This document shows positions 56,489 through 63,994 of a stretch of DNA of 63,994 bases, one piece after another. The translations under genes and the position numbers were made by a program. The notes beneath the pieces were generated by a model, which made no database searches, had not been told where the DNA came from, and saw only the letters and a list, made by a program, of their open reading frames with translations. The DNA comes from Pseudomonadota bacterium (GTDB lineage Bacteria; Pseudomonadota; Alphaproteobacteria; Rhizobiales; Devosiaceae), in contig JAEZKB010000052.1 in NCBI GenBank assembly GCA_023415605.1, forward strand, positions 1-63,994. The letters are read 5' to 3'. Each line of letters starts with the position of its first letter. Position 1 is the first letter of the stretch.

Positions 56489-57967
56489 CTAAATCCCGCC
56501 GCCCTTCAGTGCCTCCACTTTCTTGGCCGCGTCTTCGGCCGCTTCGTCGACCGTCATCGCCCCGGTGAGCGCGTTCTGCAGCATATCGGGCACGATGATG
56601 TTCATGATCTCCGGCGCTTCCGGCAGGGCCGGGAACGGGATGCCGTTGGCGAGCATCGAGGTGGTTACGTCGAGGAACTTGATTGAGTCGAGACGCTGCT
56701 TCATCCACTCGGTCTTGAAGCCACCGAGATTGCCCGGGTTAGAACCTGCCCAAGCGAGTTTCAGCGACCATTCCGGGCTGGTCCACATGCAGATCAGCGC
56801 CTTGGCCGCCGGCTCGTCGACCTTGCCGCCTTCCACATATTCGGACTTGACGATGTGGATGTTCGAGCCGCCGAACACCACCGCGCGCCTTCCGTCAGGT
56901 CCCGTCGGGATCAGGCCGTAGCGCATGTTCTCGAGCACCTTGGCTGCGACTTCCTTGTCGGCGCCGGTCGCCTGCTCGGAGAGCTCGATCATGCGGGCAT
57001 ATTCGGAGGGGTGCGAGATCATCATGGCCAACTGGCCCGAGATGAACGGCGCTTGGTTCTCGGCCTGGGTATTGGTCAACGCCGACGTCGGCACCGACTT
57101 GTCCCGCACATACATGTCGTACGAGGCCTGCAGCGCGCGCTTGCTTTCCGGGCTGTTGATCCGGATTTCGTTGTAGGTGGGGTTCGGATCGGCCTCGTCG
57201 AAGACACCACCGCCATAACCCCAGAGCTGCGGCATGTACCGGTAGGGCGTATTGCCGGCATTCTGCTTGGCGACCATGCCGTAGCCGGCGATGCCGAGCT
57301 TGTCATGGATCTGCTTGGAATAGGCGACCACGTCGTCCCAGGTCGCAGGCGGGTTCTCGGGGTCGAGACCGGCCTGCTTGAAGATGTCGGCATTCCAGAT
57401 GAACGCCATCGTCTCGTTGTTGGTCGGAATGCCGTAGGTCTTGCCCTCCCAGGTCACTGCCTTCATGGCGCCGGGCCAGAAGTCGTTGGTGGAGTAGCCG
57501 ACATCTTCGGGCTTGAGCTCTTCGAGATAGCCCTTGGCGGCGAACTCGGTACCGCCCAGGATTTGCAGGCGGATCGCCATCGGCGCAGCATTGCCGAGCA
57601 GCGCCGTGCGGAACTTGTCGAGCAGTTCGTTGTAGGTGACGCCTTGTTCGACGAGTTCGATCCCGGGATAAGTGGCCCGGAACGCGGCGAAGAAGTCGCG
57701 GTAGTTGTCGCGCATGATCTGCGGATCGGCTTCGAAGATGCCCTGATACCAGAAGGTGAGCTTGCCCTTGTAGTCGGTCGGGGTAACCGAGTTGCAGTGG
57801 CCAACCGTGTCGAATGTCTCCGTACCCGCGATTGAGCGGACATATTCGGGAGACCATTTGCTGACATCCACGCTCTGGGCGAAAGACGTCGAAGAGAGCA
57901 GCGTGCCCGTCAGGGCCAGCGCTGTGATACCGCGCGCCAGCGCACGGCTTGTACGAAGCTTGGTCAT
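56489..57967 (-). CDS. Sugar ABC transporter substrate-binding protein
   Basis: Signal peptide ..SFA-Q; GKTYGIP, WNADIFKQAGLDPENPPATWDD; GAGGAGG RBS. Confidence 0.92.
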   Translation of the reverse strand: MTKLRTSRALARGITALALTGTLLSSTSFAQSVDVSKWSPEYVRSIAGTETFDTVGHCNSVTPTDYKGKLTFWYQGIFEADPQIMRDNYRDFFAAFRATYPGIELVEQGVTYNELLDKFRTALLGNAAPMAIRLQILGGTEFAAKGYLEELKPEDVGYSTNDFWPGAMKAVTWEGKTYGIPTNNETMAFIWNADIFKQAGLDPENPPATWDDVVAYSKQIHDKLGIAGYGMVAKQNAGNTPYRYMPQLWGYGGGVFDEADPNPTYNEIRINSPESKRALQASYDMYVRDKSVPTSALTNTQAENQAPFISGQLAMMISHPSEYARMIELSEQATGADKEVAAKVLENMRYGLIPTGPDGRRAVVFGGSNIHIVKSEYVEGGKVDEPAAKALICMWTSPEWSLKLAWAGSNPGNLGGFKTEWMKQRLDSIKFLDVTTSMLANGIPFPALPEAPEIMNIIVPDMLQNALTGAMTVDEAAEDAAKKVEALKGGGI

Positions 57968-58080
57968 TCCAATCCTCCTCATTTCCGCGGCCTGCGCCCC
58001 TCGCGCAGATCGAGGAAGTCCGTTCCGGTCTTTTGCCGGGTTGCAATGACTATAAGGATGAGATTTCATCACAGGCAATC

Positions 58081-58098
58081 CAGATTTTGCAAAATTTG
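58081..58098. promoter_or_regulatory. AT-rich palindrome, probable GntR operator
   Basis: CAGATTTTGCAAAATTTG in the divergent SBP/gntR gap. Confidence 0.55.
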
Positions 58099-58176
58099 TT
58101 TCAGGTGTATGGAATTCCGGCGCGACATTCTGCAAAGTCAGTTCGGAATTGAACTGATGAGGGGGTTTGCGGGGCT

Positions 58177-58878
58177 ATGATCGGGTTCAAGGCAAGGCCG
58201 CCTGTTGGCATCGATCCGACCGGCGTGTCGGAAGAGGGCGCCGTCGCCTATGAGCTGATCCGCGAGGACATCATCGAGGGCCGATTGCAGGCCAACGAGC
58301 GGCTGGTCGTCGCTGAACTCTCCGAGCGCCATAAGGCCCCGGCCAATGCCGTGCGCGAGGCGCTGCAGCTGCTCCGCGCCCAGGGCTTCGTGCTCCTGGT
58401 CCACAACAAGAGCGCTCGCGTCCGCCCCATCGATCAGGACTTCGTCCGCGATATCTACGAGATTGGCGTCCTCATTGAGCCATCGATGATCCGTTGGTTT
58501 GTCAGCATGGCCACCGCTGCCGACATCGTCGAGCTGGAGTCGATCCAGGACCGGATCGAAGAGAACAACTACGCCGATCAGGTGCTGCACGGTGAGCTCG
58601 ACACCCGCTTCCACACCGTGATGTACGAGCGCCACTATAACCATCTGGCAGCCGAGCTCTGGTGGAAGCACCGCGAGGTACTGCGCGCCGTCTCCCGCCG
58701 CTACCAGTATACCCTGGCCCGACAGGCGCAGGTGATGCGCGATCATCGCGACCTCATCCGGCTCATCCGCATCGGCGACGCCGACAAGGCCGCCACCTTG
58801 ATCGGCACCCATGTCGAGGGCGCGGGCCGTCACATCCTCGAACAGATGCGCGCCTCCGCTGCGGCGCGCGCGAGCTAG
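58177..58878 (+). CDS. GntR/FCD-family regulator
   Basis: YELIREDIIEGRL, VREALQLL, DTRFH, DHRDL. Confidence 0.93.
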   Translation: MIGFKARPPVGIDPTGVSEEGAVAYELIREDIIEGRLQANERLVVAELSERHKAPANAVREALQLLRAQGFVLLVHNKSARVRPIDQDFVRDIYEIGVLIEPSMIRWFVSMATAADIVELESIQDRIEENNYADQVLHGELDTRFHTVMYERHYNHLAAELWWKHREVLRAVSRRYQYTLARQAQVMRDHRDLIRLIRIGDADKAATLIGTHVEGAGRHILEQMRASAAARAS

Positions 58879-58932
58879 TCCCCATCAGTTTCAGAGAGCC
58901 GGCCCCCAGCCCGGCCTACCGGAGGAAATGCA

Positions 58933-60084
58933 ATGAAGATCACCGGCGTCCGGCCTTGGCTCGTCAAGGCCAGCACGTCCTATTGGGGCGAGTATCTGTT
59001 TGTTGAGGTCACCACCGACGAAGGCGTTTCGGGCTGGGGTGAAATCACCTCGACCACCAAGAGCGCCAACCGCGCCCTTGCCGCCATTCTGCGTCAAGTC
59101 GGCGACCGCATCCTTGGCGACGATCCCTCTCGCATCGAATACATCTGGCACAAGATCTTTCGCGGCTTCACCTACATGGGCTCGCGCGGCGCCGCTTGCG
59201 AAGTCGTCAGCGCCATCGACATCGCCCTCTGGGATATCCGCGGCAAGGTGCTCGGCCTGCCGGTTTACGAGTTGCTCGGCGGCGCTGTGCGCGACGAGAT
59301 CTCGCTTTACACGCATCCCGACCAGAGCAAGTTCACCACCAAGGAAGGCGTCATCGCCGAGATCACCGACATCGTGAAGTCGGGACATACCGGTCTCAAG
59401 TTCGACCCCTATCCCTACCAGCGCGCCGGTGACGAGCAGCGCAATGGCTATCTCGACGGCTCGATGTCGCGTGCCGACGAGCGCAAGGCTGCCGAACTCA
59501 CCGAACTCATCCGCCAGACCGCCGGCCCCGAGGTCGACATCCTCATCGACGCCCACGGCCGCTTCGACGTCCCCACCGCCATCCGCCTCTGCCGCTCGCT
59601 CGAAGAGGCCGGCCAGATCGACTGGTTCGAAGAGCCGGTACCGCCCGAGAGCTACGATGCCCTCGCCCAGGTACGTGAAAAGGTCAGCGCCGCAATCTCC
59701 GTCGGCGAGCGCGCCCACACCAAGTGGGACTTCGTCCAGATCCTGGAGCGCCGCCTCACTGACTACATCATGCCCGACGTCACCTGGACCGGCGGCATCT
59801 CGGAGATGAAGAAGATCGCCACTCTAGCCGAAGCCTTCTTCGTCCCGATCTCGCCTCACGATGCCGGCGGCCCGATCAACATCCTGGCTGGCGCGCATGT
59901 GATGATGACGGTACCCAATTTCTACAAGCTCGAGACCTCGCGCTGGGATCTCTCGGGCTACAACGAGCTGATGCACACCCGCATCGACAACTCCAACGGT
60001 GCCATCAAGTTGCCCCGCACCCCTGGCATCGGCATCGAGATGGATCGCGATTACCTCGCGGCCAACGAAATCCAGACAGCCTAG
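58933..60084 (+). CDS. Mandelate racemase-like acid-sugar dehydratase
   Basis: SAIDIALWDIRGK, KFDP, IDAHGRF, WFEEP, GER, ISPHD. Confidence 0.92.
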   Translation: MKITGVRPWLVKASTSYWGEYLFVEVTTDEGVSGWGEITSTTKSANRALAAILRQVGDRILGDDPSRIEYIWHKIFRGFTYMGSRGAACEVVSAIDIALWDIRGKVLGLPVYELLGGAVRDEISLYTHPDQSKFTTKEGVIAEITDIVKSGHTGLKFDPYPYQRAGDEQRNGYLDGSMSRADERKAAELTELIRQTAGPEVDILIDAHGRFDVPTAIRLCRSLEEAGQIDWFEEPVPPESYDALAQVREKVSAAISVGERAHTKWDFVQILERRLTDYIMPDVTWTGGISEMKKIATLAEAFFVPISPHDAGGPINILAGAHVMMTVPNFYKLETSRWDLSGYNELMHTRIDNSNGAIKLPRTPGIGIEMDRDYLAANEIQTA

Positions 60085-60144
60085 AAGAGTACGCGCGGGT
60101 CGGTGGCTGGGCCCCCGGCACCGCGTCAGCATGGGAGGAATATC

Positions 60145-61320
60145 TTGAAAGTCACCGGCATCGAGACGGTCGTCGTCAACGCCGTTCATCGCAACTGGAT
60201 CTTCGTGAAGGTCCTGACCGACCAGCCCGGCCTCTGGGGTTGGGGCGAGGCGACGCTCGAATGGAAGACCCGGGCCGTCAAGGGCACCATCGAAGACCTC
60301 GCGCCCTTTGTCATCGGCGAAGACCCGATGAACATCGAGCACATCGTCAACCGCATGACCCGGTTCAGCTTCTGGCCGCTCGGCTCGATCGGCCTCACCG
60401 CCGTCTCGGGCATCGAACACGCCCTTTGGGACATCAAGGGCAAGGCGCTTGGCGTCCCGGTCTGGCAACTGCTCGGCGGCAAGGTCCGCGACAGCGTCCG
60501 CGTCTATACCCACCTGCGCCGCGGCTCATCCTCGGCCCGCGTATCGAACACCGACATCTCCGCGTTCTGCGATGCCGTGCAGGAGACGGTCGAAATGGGC
60601 TACAACGCCATCAAACTCGGTTTTGTCCCCTATACTGGCTACGACGCGCCACTCACCGCCGTAAAGCATGTCGAAAAGCTCGCCGCCGCGGTGCGTGAGC
60701 GCGTCGGCGACGGCGTCGATGTGATGACCGATTTCCACGGCCGCCCGGACTCGCTTGATGCCGCCATCGCCTACATCAAGGCGATCGAGCCAATCAAACC
60801 GCTGTTCTGCGAAGAAGTGATCCAGCCCGGCGATCACGCTGCCATGGCCGACATCGCTCGTCGGGTCGATTGCCCACTGGCCACCGGCGAGCGGCTCTTC
60901 ACCCCACGCGAATTCGCGGACATCGCCGAAACCCGCGCCGTCGCCTACGTCCAGCCCGACCTCGCCCACTGCATAGGCATTTCAGGCGGCCGCAAGATCG
61001 CCGCCATCGCCGAGGCCGCCCATATGGGCGTCTGCCCCCACAACCCGATGGGTCCGGTGGCCGGCGCCGTGGCGCTGCAGTTCGACGTCGCCACCACCAA
61101 CTTCGTTATCCAGGAAGAAGCCGTCGGCATCGTGCCATGGTTCGAGGAAATCTGCTCGGTCTACCCGCTGAACCTCGTCAATGGCGCCTGGCCCGTGCCT
61201 GACGCACCCGGGCTCGGCATCGAGATCGACGAGAAGGCAGCGGCCAAATATCCCTTCGCTCCCGAAGTGATTCCGGCGCTCGATTCCATCCTCGCCGACG
61301 GCCGCATCGCCAACTGGTAG
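60145..61320 (+). CDS. Galactonate-dehydratase-like enolase-superfamily enzyme
   Basis: GWGEATLEW, ALWDIKGK, DFHGR, ATGERL, CPHNP; TTG start after GGGAGG. Confidence 0.9.
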   Translation: MKVTGIETVVVNAVHRNWIFVKVLTDQPGLWGWGEATLEWKTRAVKGTIEDLAPFVIGEDPMNIEHIVNRMTRFSFWPLGSIGLTAVSGIEHALWDIKGKALGVPVWQLLGGKVRDSVRVYTHLRRGSSSARVSNTDISAFCDAVQETVEMGYNAIKLGFVPYTGYDAPLTAVKHVEKLAAAVRERVGDGVDVMTDFHGRPDSLDAAIAYIKAIEPIKPLFCEEVIQPGDHAAMADIARRVDCPLATGERLFTPREFADIAETRAVAYVQPDLAHCIGISGGRKIAAIAEAAHMGVCPHNPMGPVAGAVALQFDVATTNFVIQEEAVGIVPWFEEICSVYPLNLVNGAWPVPDAPGLGIEIDEKAAAKYPFAPEVIPALDSILADGRIANW

Positions 61321-61373
61321 GCAGCGGCAGGCGGGGCTACAACTCGTTTAGCCTCGCCTGCTAAGCTCGCCCT

Positions 61374-63818
61374 ATGGCCAAGGCTTCCCTCACTACCTAC
61401 CGCGGCAAGCGGAATTTCGCGAAGACGCCCGAACCGGCGGGTGACCTGGAAGACGAAGGCGGCAGCCGCTTCGTCGTACACAAGCACCACGCTACCGCCG
61501 ACCACTACGATCTCCGCCTCGAACTCGACGGCGTGCTGAAGAGCTGGGCCGTGCCCAAGGGACCCTCGCTCAACCCCGCCGACAAGCGCCTCGCCGTTCA
61601 CACCGAAGACCACCCCGTCGACTACATCGACTTCGAGGGCGTCATCCCCGAAGGCGAATATGGCGGCGGCCCGATGATTGTCTGGGATACCGGCGACTGG
61701 GCTCCGATGGGCGACCCGCACAAGGATCTGGCCAAAGGCGCCTTCAAGTTCCGCCTCGCCGGAGAGAAGCTCAGCGGCGGCTGGATGCTGACGCGCCTCA
61801 AAGGCCGTGCTGGCGACAATGGCAAGGACAACTGGCTCCTCTTCAAGGAGCATGACACCGCCATGGATACCGAGACCGACATCCTCACGGCCCGCCCCGA
61901 AAGCGTGAAGTCCGGCCGCCGTATCGAGGAACTCGTCGCCCCGTCTCCCCCGCCGTCTGTCAAACCTGGCAAGCTCGCACCCGGCAAGCTCACGGGCGCC
62001 AGGAAGGCACCTTTTCCACCCAGCATCGACCTGCAACTCGCCGGTACGGCCAGCGAGCCTCCCAAGCCGAGCAAGAACGCGAGCTGGTTGCACGAGATCA
62101 AGTTCGATGGCTACCGCACCCTCGCCTTCATCGAGGGCGACGAGACCCGTCTTGTTACCCGTGGCGGCCTCGACTGGACCCGCCGTTATGGCGACCTTCC
62201 CGATGCCTTCGCCCAACTCGGGTTGAAGCATGCGGTGATCGATGGCGAGATCGTCGTTCTCGATGGCAAAGGTGTCAGCCACTTCTCTCTGCTGCAGCAG
62301 GCACTTTCCGAAGGCGCCGGTAACAAGCTCGTCTTCTACGCCTTCGATCTCCTCTATCTCGACGGCTACGACCTGCGCGGCGTTTCCCTCGACAAGCGCA
62401 AGGACCTGCTGTCACGGCTCCTTGCCGGCCATCTGACCGCCCGTTCCGCCATCCAGTACTCCGACCACGTCCCCGGCGATGGGCTCGCACTCTTCGAGCG
62501 CGCTGCCGAACTCGGACTCGAAGGCATCATCTCCAAGCGCAGCGACGCCAAATATGCGGGAGGTCGCTCCACCACCTGGATGAAGATCAAGGCGCCCAAA
62601 CTTGAGACCTTCGTCATCGCCGGCTACACCGCCTCCTCCGCAGCTGGCGGCATCGGTGCGCTCGGCGTCGGCGAATGGGTCGATGGCGAACTCCAGTATC
62701 GTGGTAAGGTCGGCACCGGCTTTGACGCCGCCACCATGGCGAGCCTCCTCGCCCGCCTTGAACCGCTCCGCATCGCCGACCGCCTCGACGGCATGCCCAA
62801 GGACATGCTGCCCGTGCGCCCCACGCTTACGGCCCGCATCCAGTACGCCACCCGCACCGCCGACAACTCCCTACGCCACGCCGTCTTCAAGGGCTTGCGC
62901 GAAGCCGAGCTGTCGACGCCGGTCGCCAGGAAGCGTAAGCGCCTCATTTCCGATGCCGACCTTGCCGGCATCTGGGTCACCAACCCCACGCGCAAGCTCT
63001 TCGGCAATGCCGGCCCGACCAAGCTCGATATCGCTGTCTATTACGCAGCCATTGGCGACTACATGCTGCCGCACCTCTTCAACCGGCCGGTGTCGCTCTA
63101 CCGCTGCCCGACTAAGTCGATGGCCGACTGCTTCTTCCAACGCCACGCCTTCAAGGGAATGCCACCGACCATCAAGGTCTTCGAGATCAAGAACTCGGAC
63201 GACGAGAACAAGTCCTACATCAGCGTCGAGGACGCCAAAGGCTATCTCGCTTTGGCCCAGTTTGGCGTCATCGAATTCCACGCCTGGGGCACCCACGAGG
63301 TTCATCTAGAGAAGCCCGACAGGATTATCTTCGATCTCGACCCCGGCGAGGGCATGGAGTGGCGGGAAGTCTGTTCAGCTGCAGTTCATCTCCGCGGCGA
63401 AATCGAGGCGATGGGTCTTGTTCCCTTCGTCAAGACTTCGGGCGGAAAGGGCCTCCACATCGTTGTCCCGATCAAGCCAAAACTGCAATGGAAACAGGTC
63501 CATGCGGCCACTTCGAAGATCGCGACAACGCTCGCCAGGACTGGCCCCGACACCTTCGTCACCGTCATGGGCGAGCGCAACCGCAAACGCCGGATTTTCA
63601 TAGACTTTCACCGCAACGCCCGCTCCGCTACAGCCGTCGCCGCCTACTCCCTCCGGGCCCGTCCTCACCTCCCCGCCTCAACCCCGATCGCCTGGCAAGA
63701 CCTTGAATCCATCGACTCTCCCGAGGATCTCAACTACTCTTCCCTTCCAGCTTTATTAACCACGACGGGCGATCCCTGGGCCGATATTAACGCCTCGGCC
63801 AGAGACCTCCCGGCATAA
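61374..63818 (+). CDS. ligD: NHEJ DNA ligase D (phosphoesterase-ligase-polymerase)
   Basis: HYDLRLE..KSWAVPKG, HEIKFDGYR, EGIISKR, FDLDP, KTSGGKGLH. Confidence 0.96.
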   Translation: MAKASLTTYRGKRNFAKTPEPAGDLEDEGGSRFVVHKHHATADHYDLRLELDGVLKSWAVPKGPSLNPADKRLAVHTEDHPVDYIDFEGVIPEGEYGGGPMIVWDTGDWAPMGDPHKDLAKGAFKFRLAGEKLSGGWMLTRLKGRAGDNGKDNWLLFKEHDTAMDTETDILTARPESVKSGRRIEELVAPSPPPSVKPGKLAPGKLTGARKAPFPPSIDLQLAGTASEPPKPSKNASWLHEIKFDGYRTLAFIEGDETRLVTRGGLDWTRRYGDLPDAFAQLGLKHAVIDGEIVVLDGKGVSHFSLLQQALSEGAGNKLVFYAFDLLYLDGYDLRGVSLDKRKDLLSRLLAGHLTARSAIQYSDHVPGDGLALFERAAELGLEGIISKRSDAKYAGGRSTTWMKIKAPKLETFVIAGYTASSAAGGIGALGVGEWVDGELQYRGKVGTGFDAATMASLLARLEPLRIADRLDGMPKDMLPVRPTLTARIQYATRTADNSLRHAVFKGLREAELSTPVARKRKRLISDADLAGIWVTNPTRKLFGNAGPTKLDIAVYYAAIGDYMLPHLFNRPVSLYRCPTKSMADCFFQRHAFKGMPPTIKVFEIKNSDDENKSYISVEDAKGYLALAQFGVIEFHAWGTHEVHLEKPDRIIFDLDPGEGMEWREVCSAAVHLRGEIEAMGLVPFVKTSGGKGLHIVVPIKPKLQWKQVHAATSKIATTLARTGPDTFVTVMGERNRKRRIFIDFHRNARSATAVAAYSLRARPHLPASTPIAWQDLESIDSPEDLNYSSLPALLTTTGDPWADINASARDLPA

Positions 63819-63861
63819 TTTCTGCAAGTCTGTCAGTAGGTTCGCGCGTAGGGAGGCGATC

Positions 63862-63994
63862 ATGGCCCCAAGGGCAAGTTGGAAGGGTCATCTGCGGCTG
63901 AGCCTGGTGAGCTGTCCGGTCAAACTCTTCCCCGCGACCAGCGCGTCCGAGCGCATCAGCTTCAACCAGCTGCACAAGGACACCCACAACCGCA
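63862..63994 (+). CDS. ku: Ku protein, N-terminus (runs off window)
   Basis: MAPRASWKGHLRLSLVSCPVKLFPATSASERISFNQLHKDTHNR; GGGAGG RBS. Confidence 0.95.
   Translation, partial: MAPRASWKGHLRLSLVSCPVKLFPATSASERISFNQLHKDTHNR

Overview
GC-rich alphaproteobacterial chromosome segment (Hyphomicrobiales, Devosia-like by gene content; inferred, not proven). 1-8.9 kb: chemotaxis cluster (partial cheB, cheR, MCP, cheD, cheW, cheA, cheY, STAS) interrupted by a CheZ-like ORF and a GT-C glycosyltransferase. 9-21.9 kb: housekeeping/accessory genes (oxidoreductases, LysR-cupin, TetR-HlyD-ABC exporter) ending at tRNA-Ala(CGC). 22-56.4 kb: a ~34 kb stress island. Most of its transcription units are preceded by a G(G/C)AAC-N16/17-NGTT promoter of the EcfG/SigT general-stress type. 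It carries an HdeA-like secreted protein, pyruvate oxidase, treY/treZ, a Crp-like regulator, DUF2934, Usg, groESL, several small proteins missing from the ORF track and two candidate anti-Shine-Dalgarno sRNAs. Its core is a ~19 kb biosynthetic cluster of unknown product (TIGR04290-type methyltransferase, GH-A hydrolase, inositol-3-P synthase, phosphatase, PRTase-kinase-like fusion, Ugd, epimerases, GT4, three CgeB-like GTs, UDP-GlcA decarboxylase, pyruvyltransferase + FrhB-like reductase). 56.5-64 kb: orphan sugar-binding protein, GntR, two enolase-superfamily dehydratases and ligD-ku (NHEJ). No CRISPR, integrase or transposase seen. All family assignments are from motif recognition by eye; no searches were run.
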